DNA of 64,000 bases. It comes from Felis catus. Its lineage: Eukaryota. Under the pieces are notes generated by a model. That model made no database searches. It was not told the DNA's origin and was given only the letters and a program-made list of their open reading frames with translations. Location: positions 63,180,001 to 63,244,000 of the forward strand of contig NC_058368.1 of NCBI RefSeq assembly GCF_018350175.1, given 5' to 3'. The position numbers and the translations under genes are program-made. Shown here in pieces: positions 49,920 through 63,449 of this stretch. Within the stretch, counting starts at the first letter, position 1. Every line of letters begins with the position of its first letter.

Positions 49920-52646
49920 GTCTGACAAAATTCAAAAATATTATCATATTCCAAAATTCTAAATTCTAAATATTAACATATTCTAGTCAACATCAAAATT
50001 ATTTTTGCCTAAAGACTGACTTTTTCCCCTCTACAGATAAAACAGTATTCTAATATCAGGGCTGGGGCAGATAATTCAATTATTTTGACTCAAACACTTC
50101 TCTGAGCTGACTGCTAAAATAATTTTAGATTTTTTTTTGCTTTAAGCCATAACACTATAGACTTTTCAAATAAAAATTCAATCATTAATTTCCATTTTAA
50201 CTTCCATTTAATAATTTCCATTTAATGTCTAACTATAGACATAGTTCCTTCCTTCATGCTGTTTACATTTTTGTAAGAGGATAGACATTAACCAAATAAC
50301 CACACAATTCCCAGAGGTTCAAGAGAATTTTGTAATACAAGTACATTACTCTGTATTTATTGGTGCCAGGTTGATGCATGAAGACGAGGAGAAGAGTCCC
50401 ATGAGAGCTCCTCTTTTAATAAAATGCACAGAAATATGCTTAGTCTTGTCAGAACTATATTATGCTTCAGAAACATATTGAAGTTATATAGTTTTGTAAT
50501 TAGCATATTATGTGAGAATTCAAGAGTGACCAATAAAAAGGCCAGTAGAACTAGAAAGACTGACTTTTGAAGAAAGATTGAAAAGAGTAAGTGCTTATAA
50601 CTGGACCACACAAAACTGAAAGAGAATAGAAAACAGAAAATATAGAAATAGAAATAGAATAGAGAATATGGCCATAGAAAAACTTAAAAATGTTTAGAAC
50701 AGAAATTTCGATAGTGAGAGAATAGCAGGGAAATCATTTTTACATTATAGAAAATAAGCACCAGCTTTATTATCAAACTAGAAATGCAGTTAAAAGATCT
50801 TTAAAATGAGGCATGAGCTCAAAATCGAAGGAAAAAATCCCAATGACAAGTATATTTCGTCACTAAAAGCAAGGTAGCCATGGGACAATTTATCCATTCA
50901 TGGTTATCAACACTCAAAGCATTTATGGTGGTAGAGACACTAGGAGGGTTTTCTAATAGATTGGGAAAACATTTACCAGGAAAAAAAAATCAAGGAAAGT
51001 TAGACCAAAAATTCTCAAAGCCAAGAAGTGTATATTCCTGTTCTGACATATAATTATTTCTTAGAAAATTCAGGGATGAATAAAGTATTTTCTTTCTGCT
51101 ATAAGAAAAAGCCTCAGGACCCTATTAATGATGGTGCCAGAAATGGCACAGTGACACCTTTATGTTGCTGGTAAAACAGACTTCTGGCAAGTTGATATGG
51201 GGAAAGGGAAAAAGCTGTGATTCTGCATGGATCTCTAAGAAGTACTTCACCGACGAGTCCCCAGTACACTTACCATACTCAACAAATAAAGTAGATTTAC
51301 CTAGAATTAAGAACTGTTGAGATGAATTATAATATTCCCCATTAAAAAATTAATTACATGATTTTAAATTGAGCCTGTAAGTCTATCAAATCGGTTAAGA
51401 AAACCAAAAACCTTTTAAAACTACACAGAAGAAAGAAAAATATTCTAATAAATATTTAAATAGCACTCAAATATTAATAGTACAGTGTAATGTTTGCTTC
51501 TCCCTGAAATAACCTCATTTTTAAAGATGCTTCCAAGAAAAAAGAAAATGGAAGAAGCCAGGCAAACACATTGCTCTAGCCCCAAGCTAACACAGGACTT
51601 AATGCCTAAGGCATTCTATGCCTAAAGAGCAAAGGTAAGACAGCAACCTTTTGGCAAGATTTACAAAGGAAGTCCCTCAGAATATGAATTAATACATTTA
51701 AGTAAACTATGCACTATTAATACCAAAGTTGTTTTCTGACATCTTCAAATGTCAAGATCAGCGCTGCAACTGTGAACACTAAGATGCAGATTTTCCTTCT
51801 TCTCTTGGTCTCTACTGGAGCTACCTTTGTCCAAATGGAACATCCCTTGGACTTTAAATTCTCTCCCATCATATCATCTCTGCCTCTTAAACAAGAGGAC
51901 GACCCTCAAAAAGGCTTTGATCTAAAAGTAATGCCGTACTTTAAAAAATTGAAGAGGATAGGCAACAGCAATGGTCAATGTGGAAGACTTTGATCCTTGT
52001 GAATTAGTCCCTTTGGGATAGCCAAAAAATAGGAACTAGGGTCCAAGTATTTCGTGAGAGAGAAATATGCAAGAATTCAGGTTTATAGGCTCCTCAAACT
52101 CAATAATTGTGTGATGTCCTGTTCCCAGCTGTGAATATTTTTCTTTTTATTATTTTTTTTAAATTTACCAACTGTGAATTTTTTAATTAATTTGGTAATT
52201 CTTTTCATTTAGTAAATTGTTTGGAATTGTCATTAAACTAGAGAATATTATATCATAATTTGGAGAGAAAATTTTCTTCCACCACCATTAATCAATGATT
52301 CTGAAGCAAAAACATTTATTTTAATAAGGGACTATTCAAAATTAACAATACCCTCAGAACACAGTGGATGTTATAAGCAGCACTAGATATCCACATCCAA
52401 AATTAATAGAAATAAAGACCAAGGTTTTTAATTGATTTGTCTTTAAGTGATTGCTAGGAATGTATAAATTAGTCATGGTTCTTAACTTATGCTAGAAATA
52501 GTGGTTAAGATTTTGGACTCTACAGTGGTTTATAAACCATGTTCTAAGAAACCATTGGATAGAGTTTCACAGACAATCATGGACTCCATTAATGTTGAAT
52601 TTTAACTAGAATTTTAAATGTAGGTAAAACTATTTTAAACTGAACT

Positions 52647-52659
<13 letters not shown>

Positions 52660-52678
<19 letters not shown>
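52660..52678 (+). repeat. Short (CA)n microsatellite preceded by (CG)n
   Basis: Direct reading. Confidence 0.85.
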
Positions 52679-52679
<1 letters not shown>

Positions 52680-52699
52680 TCCCAAAAAAATTGGATGGA

Positions 52700-52872
52700 G
52701 ACAGACAGACATGGGTTCAAATTATGACTCTTCCAGCAGTTTGCAATTGAGGAATGTACTTAATCTTCATTCTCAATTTTCCTATCTAGAAACAGAGATA
52801 ATGCTAGTATATATCTATGAGTTGTTGACTGGATTATATAAGATGCTCCAGAGAGGACTTACAGCATAGTGC
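52700..52872 (+). mobile_element. MIR
   Basis: CAGACATGGGTTCAAAT...TACTTAATCTTCATTCTCAATTTTCCTATCTAGAAAC. Confidence 0.65.
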
Positions 52873-52893
52873 TTTAGAGCTCAGGTTCTATAA

Positions 52894-53066
52894 CAGTGGT
52901 TCTCTAGGTTCGGTCCCTGTCCAGCTGTGACACCATCATCTGGGAACCTGTTATAAAAGCAAATTCTTAGACCTCACTCCGGTCCTACTCAGGGTGGGTC
53001 CAGCAATTTGTGTTTTAACAAGCCCTATAGGTGATTCTTGATACATGCTAGAATCGAGGGCCACTA
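52894..53066 (+). mobile_element. MER5A (hAT-Charlie)
   Basis: CAGTGGTTCTC...CATCTGGGAACCTGTTATAAAAGCAAATTC...TGTGTTTTAACAAGCCC...GGTGATTCT...CCACT. Confidence 0.85.
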
Positions 53067-53210
53067 TTTTTTATTATTATTGTGTCACACTGAATAGTTC
53101 AATAAAGTGTTTAGATTACATTTAAGTTTATGGTAAAGAAAAAAAAACATTGAAAGCTTATGGCTACATTTGTTAACTTCTATGTATTTTAAAAAGTAAG
53201 ATCCATAGAA

Positions 53211-53475
53211 TTTAAGAAACAAAACAAACAAGGAAAGGGTAAAGAGAGAGAAAGAGAGGAAAACAAGAAACAGACTTTAACTATAGAGAACAAACTGATG
53301 GTTACCAGAGGGCAGGTGGGGGGGGGGGATGGGTGAAACAGGTGATGGGGATTAAGGAGGGCGCTTGTGATGAGCACTAGGTGTCATATGGAAGTGTTGA
53401 ATCACCATATTGTCTACCAGAAAGTAATAGTCCACTGTTTGTTAACTAACTGGAATTTAAATAAACACTTAAAAC
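53211..53475 (+). mobile_element. Carnivore L1 3' UTR fragment (L1_Carn-like) with TSD
   Basis: AACTATAGAGAACAAACTGATGGTTACCAGAGGG...; 19-bp direct repeat AAAAGTAAGATCCATAGAA at 53192-53210/53476-53494. Confidence 0.92.
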
Positions 53476-53999
53476 AAAAGTAAGATCCATAGAAATGTAT
53501 CCAATATACTCACTTCTAAGTTCCAAAGAACTGCTGTTACCTTTTCTTCATAAGATCAAACTTGTTGGAGGCAGACACACTGAAAATTAAATTAATTCAC
53601 CAGGATCATTCATGTGGTTTTAAAATTCAAAGATTAGAAAAACCCAACGTTCCTTCTAATCTGCTGATTTTATTCCTTTTGTAGTCCAAATGTCCACACA
53701 GTGCCAGACTTGAATACTAAGTATGACACATCAGTATTTTTTTTCATCCTTTGTATCTCATAAAGGTTCAAAGAGAGGCAAACGTGCCAATATGCATATG
53801 GCCTGACATTTAGTTCTTTAATGCTGTGACAAAGAAGAACGATTGAGGATTAAGATGCAGAGAATGGAGATGTTCATGCTTGGGTGAGATGGTCATGAAT
53901 ACGACAGCAAGCATCTGCTTCTTCACAGCCCAAGGCCCTGGAACTTCACAGCAATCTGATTACTCCATCTGTAAGCGTGGGAACTGTTTTTAAGTGTCT

Positions 54000-55660
54000 T
54001 AATTTGCCGTTTATCATATTTACTCTGTTTTTCCATTATTACATTTTTCCATAATAATAACACATTAAAATCTATACAGCCTGGAATTACCTTTGCGGGA
54101 AGATTTTGGCTAGTAGTTCAGGCTTCCCTCTTTCTTTAATTTGCTAAGTTGTATCTTTTCTAAGACCCTGCCCGTTTTACCTAAATGTTCCCATGTGTTA
54201 ACCTAACAGGTATTCTTAACTCCTTCACATTACCTTTTTAAAATCTCTGTAACATCTGGAATTAGGCCTCCCTTTCCATTCTAATATCATATGTGCCTTA
54301 TACTTTATTGGTCACTATCATTGCTCAAATTTTGCTTTTTTAAAATTAATTTTTCAAAGAACAACCATTTGGCTTTATTCAACTTCTTTGTATTTATTTC
54401 TATAACATTAACTTCTGCTTTTATCTACATTATTAGGTTCCTCTTTTGCTTGGATTTTTTTGGGGGAACTCTTCTTTTAACTTATGAAATTGATGTGTAG
54501 CTCATTAATTTTCAACTTCTTTTTTTTCTAAATAGTGTCTTAGCTGTTTTCTAATAGTTTAAAACATAGTATTTTCCTTATAAACTTCTTTATTTGTTAG
54601 TTTTATGTACCTGTGATGATTTATTTCTTAACACATGATTTTTTAGTTAATCTTTTAATTTCCAAAAATATGGGAATATTCTACTTAATTTCATTATTGA
54701 TTGCTAATTGAATTCTAGCATACTCATATAGGGATCATGATAGCCATCCCTCAAAACACGTGAAAACTTGCATTATGGTCAAATTCTGTATGGTTGACTT
54801 TGGTAAATGTCCTATGTGTATCTGAAAAGCTGCATCCTATATGTATGTGTTGTGGCATTCTATTTGTATCCATTAATGACCTAATTTGTGATTTGTTAGT
54901 CACATCCTATAAATCTTCTATATTCTTAACTAATTTTGTTTGCTTTCTATCAATTTTTGAAGTTATTTGTTAAATTCTACTACTATGATTGTGGGTTTCC
55001 CAGTGTTCCCTTCTTTTTTGTATATTCTTTGTGTATTTTGGGTATCTCTCTGTATTTTACTTTTAACAAATTTATTTAATCCAGTGTGGTAGAAAAGACA
55101 CAAGTCCAATAAATGCATCATTGAAGTTTAAATGTCATTCCCTGGCTTTGTCCTTGTTCTTCTTTAAAGACCCTCACTGGCTCTACAAATATCTTAATCA
55201 ACACAAAGAAAAAAATTTTAATTGGTGTTTTACCATGAAAATATACGTACCTTTGTGTATACACAACATCCCCATTAAAAGATTTTTTATTTTTAGATTC
55301 ACAATATAAATTTAAAATCATTTTATATTTCTAAGACATTGAAACTGTTAGTACTATAAAGTGACTATTTTTATCTCTAATAATGCTGTGGATCTTAAAT
55401 TCTATTTTTCCCTGATATTCAAATAGATTTTCTAGCTTTGTTTCAGATTGTATTTGTATGTTTGCCTTTTTCACCCTTCTGCTTTTAGCATTTAATTTTT
55501 TATATAGTCTTATAGTTTAGATGTGTCTTCCATAATGATTTTCATTCAGACAATTTTACTTAACAATCTTTGTATCTAAATTGGGCCAGTTAGACAATTT
55601 ACATTTAATATAATTACTGATTTATTTGTATTTAAGTCTAGCAGCTTATTTTAAGCTAAT
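54000..55660 (-). mobile_element. Old, highly decayed L1M ORF2 region
   Basis: T-rich antisense L1 motifs (TTTTCAAAGAACAACCATTTGGCTTTATT, GTAAATGTCCTATGTGTATCTGAAAAG, TTTACATTTAATATAATTACTGAT). Confidence 0.7.
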
Positions 55661-56029
55661 CGCCCTTCTTTATTTTTCAATTCTATCCTATCATTTCTTC
55701 TTTTGGAAGGAAGATCAATAATAATGATATCACAGTGGGTTAAACTAGTAAGAATTAAAACACAAAAACACCAATCTATCCATTGGGATGAGACTAAGTG
55801 TAATGTCCTTGTATTATCCAGGAAGAGACAAATTTTGTTGATTAATGTTAGAAAAATGAAAGATGCATAATTTATAAGTAAACTGATAAAAAGAATGAAG
55901 TACCTTTTAACTATTGGAGGGAAAACATGGAAGGATGAAATGTATTAATCCATCCATCTTTATTGTTCTTCACATCTTTGTGAAACTCATTCTTTCATGA
56001 TCCAACAAAACCTCCCAAACTGCATAACT

Positions 56030-56640
56030 TCTCTCTCTGCAAAGTATGCTCTGAGTAATTTCTTCTGATGTTTTCTTCTACTAATTCTTTTTCAGCTGTA
56101 TGTGATCAGTTGCTAAACCCAGTCAAGTCTTCAATATTTGTTGTTGTAATTTTTATTTCTAGAAATTTTATTTCACGCTTTTACAAATCTGTTGGTGGGT
56201 TTTTAATACTTTTATGTTCTCTTCAACTATATACAAGTTTGTCTTTTACTTCTTTGGACATAAAAATAATAGCTGTTTCCTAATCCGTGGTTGATATGTT
56301 TCCAATATATTAAGTGTTTTGGGGTATATATCATTTTCAATTTTTTTTCCGCCAGTTGTCTTCCTGTACTTGTATGTATGTTTATTTTTGACTACTGCTG
56401 CTTAATGTGCTTCAACATATTATGTGTGAGGAATCTTTGATACCCAGAACAGAAATGATATTTTTCCAGTAAAATTTCTGTTTGTTTTTGCCAAAAACAG
56501 GGGAACTACATGTCTGGGTCTTTCTGAAGATAACTTTGTGGCCCTACTCCAGGACTTTTGAACGACCCAGCTTATGTGAATTTGGGCTCCAAAACTGCAT
56601 AAGAACCATCTAATTGTGATGAATTCATATGGATTAATTT
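56030..56640 (-). mobile_element. Old L1M fragment (ORF1-side region)
   Basis: CTAATTCTTTTTCAGCTGTATGTGATCAGTTGCTAAACCCA...TTTTTATTTCTAGAAATTTTATT. Confidence 0.55.
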
Positions 56641-56953
56641 TCACCCTCCTGACCTGCTGAGCAGAAAGGCATCATTTTTGTAAGTTCATAGGTGCTGGGC
56701 ATGGGGTCTTATTGTTGTTCAACTCTTCCTGAAAGCCTTTGGATAAATCATTCTGGAATGGCAAAGATTATCAAACACTTCTGACCATGGACCAATTGGC
56801 TTCAACAGATGATGACATCTGTCAACAAAAGATGACATTTTGATCTCTTAGCTTTTCTCATTTTACTGTAAAGAAGGTGTATACTTCTTCTTTTGTGTTA
56901 TTTGTTTCTCTGGTTTTTAAATGAGCGGTCCTTACTTAAGAGAATGGCATTTT

Positions 56954-57187
56954 GTTTATTTGTTTAATGTTATTTATTTTAATGTTATTTATTTGAGAGA
57001 GAGAAAAAGAGCACAGGGGAGGGACAGAGAGAGAGTGAGAAAGAGAATTCCAAGCAGGCTCCATGCTATCAGCACAGGGCCCACATGAGCCCAATGTGGG
57101 CTCCATCTCACGACTGACTGTGAGATCTTGCTCTTAGTGAAAATCAAGAGTCTGATGCTTGACCAACTGAGAGCCACCCAGGCACCC
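56954..57187 (-). mobile_element. CAN-SINE
   Basis: TSD AGAATG(G/A)CATTTT. Confidence 0.93.
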
Positions 57188-57731
57188 AAAGAATGACATT
57201 TTAGACGTGAAATACAGGCAAAAATCTTCTTTATTATAATATGATTTCATCACTTTTATTTGACACTAAAATAGGTATAACTCACATCATTTCTGCCTTA
57301 TATTAACATCACCCATATACTCATCCAACCTCATGTTTATTGAATGTCTACTGTCTGCTATTAACTACTGAAAGTGTACCTTTTATCACTGAGGAACTTC
57401 TTAGAAATATTGAGTAAGTCAGTTTCGATTTTTTTAAAGCAAAATGGATACTAAAGTGTAATTTTAGGTCATGGTGAATGTGATCTAAATCTCAAGAATA
57501 AATGTATTATCAAATAAGACAAAGAATAAAAGTATTATGATCCAAAATTTTGTAGGAATCTAATATGCATTTCTTAGACATTTTTGATACTGTTCAAAAA
57601 TATTTTGTTTTAAAAAGAAAAAAAATTGAGAAGTTGCTCAAATCAAAGTTGAGCTCTAGCAAGAACGTCTGAAAATACTGTGTGATGAAAAATGAAATCT
57701 TCACATTCATATTTAAAAGTGCCACATTTTT

Positions 57732-57929
57732 AAGGTGCCTAGGCAGCTTAATTGGTTGAGCGTCCAACTCTTGATATTGGCTCAGGTCATGATCGCAGGG
57801 TCGTGGGATTGAGGCCCATGTTGGGCTCCATGCTGAGAGTGGAGCCTGCTTGGGATTCTTTCTCTCTCCCTCTGCTCCCTCCCCGACTTTACTCACCACC
57901 ACCACCCCCCAAAATTAAAACAAAACAAT
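57732..57929 (+). mobile_element. CAN-SINE
   Basis: TSD AAAAGT(G/A)CCACATTTTT (57715-57731/57930-57946). Confidence 0.93.
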
Positions 57930-60900
57930 AAAAGTACCACATTTTTGTGTCTTCTAATCTCAGTAAGAGTTTGTGACATAGAAGTATTAAGAGTACATAA
58001 AAGAATTTCCTCAAAAGTTATTTTTTAAAGTGCATGGAACACTTACTTCATAAAAGTTTGGATAAATGGAAAACTCAATGAACAAAAGGTTATCTAAACA
58101 TCAATTCTACTGAAAACAACTTCAGGACCTAATTTTAAAGCATTCTGTAACATAATTGAAGCAGTAATTACCTGATTTCAGGATGAACAGTAGGAGACAT
58201 TCACTTTTTTTTCCCAGCATATCACATAATTTTTACCTAAGAAAATACTCCCTTTACATTTCTAACAACAGTTTTGATGGATAGGAACAAGAAGCATTTG
58301 CACTATAATTTTTCAGTGCATTATAATAAAGTGAATGTTTTCTAAATGTCATAGTTTAAATTTCATGGGGCGTGAAATCTCCTTTGAAATGAAATTTAAA
58401 GCCTTTTTCAAATAAGAAGACTAATCTTACAGTCAAAAACACTTTATATTCCAAGACATTATTAACCTTGGAGTACTGCTTGCAAGACGATAATACCTTC
58501 TGACATATTAAGATTAAATTTGTCTTTATATAATTATGTTAAAGAATACATTTAAAATAGATCAGATTGTGAGAGAAATGGTAAGTGTGTGCAATAGTAG
58601 GATTTCCATTTACTAATAATAAATTTAACTATCATCATTTATATGGTAATGTTAACACATATTTGAGTAGATCACCTCTAAGGAAAACTATTTTGGGGTT
58701 AATCGTGGTGCTTAATGTCAAAAATGGCAACACTGAATGATAACCTAAAAAAGAGTTGACATTACTTCCCATACTACTTATAAATATGAAAAAGCACATA
58801 ATTATTTTTATTGATAAATTGCAAATGATTTTCATACAATCGAGAGCTATTTTAGTGCATCCCAAAATATTTTAAAACATGGTTTAAAAATACATTAGTG
58901 TAATTTGAACAGCTAGTTTTCACAGTTCGTTTTTAATGACAACTGGATATACCTGAAATTTTTGCAAGAAGAATGCATGGTGACTGGCCACTTTCCTGAG
59001 ACTAGGCTCTCAATGCCAAAAACCATTTCAAATATAAAAGACAGTGATGCGATCATGTTTTTATCTGCTTCATGTCCTTGAAATCTTAAAGACAATATAA
59101 AGTATTATGTATCTTTTACAATTTTTATTCCTTGAAAATAAGACTAATAGCAATTTCAATTTTCATGAAACTAATGTTTTAAAACACAACCATAGATAAA
59201 AAATTTGTTGAAAAAAAGTAGTAAGGACTGGCCCGTCAACTTCATACTCAGCATCTTCTGAAAACTCAGCCTCTTCTAGGGTAATAAATATTCCTTGCTG
59301 CCTACTGACTTCCACCCCTCTCATGGCTTTTTCACCCTACCTGGTCTTCTAGGCACCTGACAATTACCAATTCTTCTGGGCCTTTGGCCCCACCTGCTGG
59401 TTGGTTATGAGAGTTCATGACCGGATTCTCCTAATTTCTCAGAAATCTATGCTCAGGCACAGCTTCCTTCACTTTGTTTCTGTTTGTTTGATACATGTTG
59501 TACTAAATTTCGTTAATTTCAGCACAGTCAATGTTTACTCCCTGCAAATTCCTTGTGTTTTTCCTCTTGCTTTCCCTATGCTTCATCCACGCCTCATGAA
59601 ATCTCTTTTCTTGTTAGCCATTGATCTTATCATGAATTTCTCCTTGTCTCTCAATCTCTCCAATTTTCGCCTGAGAACAAAAACAGCATGGCTGATAAAA
59701 CATAATATTAATATTACTAACAACCTGAATCAAGAAATAGAAAAACCATACAGCATATTTTAAGCCCTCCAAGGAATTGAAAAAATCCCCCTCTTTCCTC
59801 ACAAAACTGTCCAACTGCCTCTTCTAGAGAAGCTGATGTTCCTCAACACTAGGATTCAAATGGCAAATACATCTTTTGTTTTTCCCTGTTGTATATGTTC
59901 CATTCTTGAGCTATATTAAGGGGAAATTTCTGTAAGGAGTGTGTATGTGTGTGTGTATGAGTGTGTGTGTGTGAACTAGCTTTATTCTCTTAATATTCAA
60001 AGCATAACTTTTATTAGAAAACAGTCGTCAAGTTATAGTAAACCAACTTATATAAACTGTGTTTATATTGGATACTGCTTATATTAAAGCCTTTTATCTT
60101 TATTCACAGTTTAATTTTTCCCCAGTAAGAGAACATTTTGTATAATACTCCAAGCACATGGACACAAGTAGCAATTGGCAATAAAAACATTTATGCTAAC
60201 TTACTTCCCCCAAAGAGCTACTTTCACACTTTTAATGGTTTATTATGTATTAAAAGTATTGATCATTACCAGAAGAATTAACACTGTTTCATGGGCCACC
60301 TTTGTTCAGGTCCAATAAGACCCACGAACAAAAGGGATTTGTATCTTTAAAACAAGTTTATGTAATTGGCAACTGCACTTAAGGCTACCATTATTACAAT
60401 GTCATTCTAATTTTAATCACTTGAAAAGTGAACTTTATGTCCAACTAAATCCTCGAAATGAAGCACAAACTCTTGACTTTAATTATCTAAACTTAAGTGA
60501 GCATTCTCAATTTTGTTGTTTAGGAATGCTTCATAGAGCATTATTTGAGATGGAATCCTATTAGGATTCCCAAATGATGGTTAAAATAACTAAGTATCCT
60601 GGACTGGAAAGGAATCAGCTGAGGTACTTGCTCTCCTATTTAAGTTTCTGGCACAGGGAAGAATGTTTTACAGGACGCTCTGCTTTACATCATTTGTTCT
60701 AATAGAAGGATCCCTGAACTCAGACTGAGAAGATTTGAACTGTTTATTGTTTGGCGGGTTTGTTCAGCATTTTACAGTTTATGAAGTGCTTTAATATTTT
60801 TTATTTCATTAAATATATTTCTGAGTTCAGCCTCTCTAATAGACTTGACTACATTTATAAAACTTTTCTATTTCAGTCTCCAAATCCATAAATCCATAAA

Positions 60901-61808
60901 CCAGGATAATGAAGAAATGTTTCTGATTCTAAAAAGAATACAAATTTGCACTGTGTGGGGAGCTATTTTTACTTGTTGTTTGTCCTACTCAGACATATTG
61001 CCTCATAGTATTGATGTAGAAAGTAGTTTTGTATAAAATAAAAATTGCTCAATACAGAGAAATGGATATCCAGTAGGCTGAAACAGTTACTATTTTTAAA
61101 TTGTACATTCTGGAACCTTATTATGTATTATGTAGAGTTTTAGCCAAAAATATATTTGCAGGAAGAATTATCACCATCATCAAATAATGTCACTCCAAAA
61201 TTGTTACAATAATTGTTTGTTTCTCCATTAGCCATATAGTTATATAAAACTTTGATAGAAGATGTTAATGTGGCACTATTTGAGAGCCATGATTTATTTA
61301 GAGTTCTATTTATAAATGTTGAAACATACAGCACAAAGTTTATATTTGACAGCCATTTGAAAGCATATCACGGAAAACACTGACTTTTGTTTTAAATAAA
61401 GATAAGCTGATTTTAATATTTGCAACATGTTATAGGACTCAGATGGAACAGTAGAAAAGTTATTATAGTCACTTGAATGCTTCAGAAAATGTACAAAGCT
61501 CTATTACATTTACTAGCTCTTGAAAAATACCATTGAGACATGACCTATAGTGACATGTCTCTACCACATATTTGTCACTCATATGCTTTATGCTCAGCTA
61601 AATTTAAAAGTGAAATATGTCATTGGAGCATAAAGACTCTGAGTCAGACTTTTAAACTATGAACCATTCAAGGTGAGCTGGTTTTATTTTCCAGGGCATC
61701 TGCCCTGCAAAATCAAATAGAAATAATTCTCTTTATCACTGCCTACCAAATAGTAAATGGCTCTTCTAATGGAATTAGCATATTACTATTGATACAGATT
61801 ATAAAACT

Positions 61809-62137
61809 TGAATTAGTTACTTGGGTTACTATGAAGAAAAAAAAATAGATAGGGTGGCTTCAACAACAGACATTTATTTCTCAGTTCTGGAGACTGGAAG
61901 TCCAAGATCAAGGTGCCGGCTGATTCCATTCTTGGTGAGGTCTCCCTTCCTGACTCCTGACTCCTGACTCCTTACTGTGTCATCTCACAGAGGAGAGACA
62001 AACAGAAAGATAGATAATGAGAGAGTTCACCCTCATGACCTAATTACTTCCCAAGATTCCATCTCCAAATATCATCACATTGGGAGTTAAAGCTTTAACA
62101 CATGAATTTTAGGGGTGGTACAGTTCAGTTCATAGCA
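61809..62137 (-). mobile_element. MaLR LTR (MLT1A/B-like)
   Basis: GGTGGCTTCAACAACAGACATTTATTTCTC...GGAAGTCCAAGATCAAGGTGCCGGC...CATAGCA; 5-bp TSD AAACT/AAGCT. Confidence 0.85.
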
Positions 62138-63409
62138 AAGCTGGTTCTCAGTTGTGGCACCTCACCCACAGGATTGGTAGAATTCATTAACGGTTGTAGC
62201 AGTCTCTCCACCCCTAACTAGCCCTTGTCCAAAATGGGTATGTTAGGTCTTTAAGACAATTATTTTTTTCATTTTCATTACAGCCATTAAAGAAAAAATA
62301 AAATATTAATAGGGCCTTCTTAAAAAATTACTAAATGCTTGTAACATAGGTTCTCTATCTGAAAACAGAGAAAGCTGTTCCATTAATACTTAAGCCTCTT
62401 TATCCTATGAATAGTGTAGAAACCAAACAGGATGTCAAGAACACATCTCTAAATTTTCTGCTTAATATGATATCTATTTTAGGCTCCTGAAAATATACAT
62501 ACTAATTAATGGAACCAAGTAATAGACTTAGGATATATTTAAAAGCCTATGACAGCCAAATGTGATTGGGACCTCATTAAGATTAAGATTATGCATTGAT
62601 GACTGTAATAAATGCTCTCATTGGCAATGGCATGAAATTTCGGTTCTCCTGGAAGTAGCATACACTTCTAAGGAATTACTTGGGTAACATCTCTTTCCAC
62701 AAAGTAATTACCTTTTTATGTTTTGACATGGGTGACACGTGTTAATGGCAAAGTCTTAAGGTGTTACAAATGCATAAATCACTGTCAGATACTCTCAATT
62801 ACATAACATGGGGTATTTTTATACTAATACCATCATCATCAAAAAAGTACTTAAGTTACTCTAAGAGAATTGCATAAATGCCTTTAGCAAGGAGGATTTC
62901 CATATTGAAAACAATAACACATTTGTGAATATACAGAGAAAAGACCTAAGAACTGCATAAAATAAGGTACAAAATCAGAAGGATGTTGAAGAGTCTGGCA
63001 GAGGTAAGTGTGTTTTGAAACAGTGACATGTTTTTGTTGGTGAGGTGAAATTGTAGTGAAATTCAATGGTGGTGAAAAGCTATCTTTAGTCCTACAGATA
63101 TGAGTATGATATCTCAGGTGAATGCTAGTGTATTGAGTTCATGTTCTGTACTGACCTTATCCACCGATGTGTAGGACCAGAAAATAGAATGGCTTATACA
63201 CACTAATGACTGGAAACATGCTGCAAGTACTAAAATATGTACGTTGAATTTGAAACATGCTATTATTATGAGAAGAGGATTACTTTCCTAATTATATTTT
63301 AATATGAGTTGGCATTTCCAGAACACAGACTGTGTATTGAAAAGGAAGATGTTTTAGATATATGCTAATGCCATCCAAATATGAGAGACACATGGGATTT
63401 GGTCTGTCG

Positions 63410-63410
<1 letters not shown>

Positions 63411-63446
<36 letters not shown>
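63411..63446 (+). repeat. (CA)18 microsatellite
   Basis: Counted directly. Confidence 0.95.

Positions 63447-63449
<3 letters not shown>

Noticed and set aside
11460..57929. tRNA-like A/B-box sequences and dispersed near-identical repeats (tRNA genes or CRISPR-like array)
   Set aside because: These are CAN-SINE heads; no full cloverleaf and no regular repeat-spacer period, and the DNA is mammalian
62888..63003. Plus-strand exon candidate (cctttag ... GAG|GTAAGT)
   Set aside because: Weak pyrimidine tract and stops in all three frames
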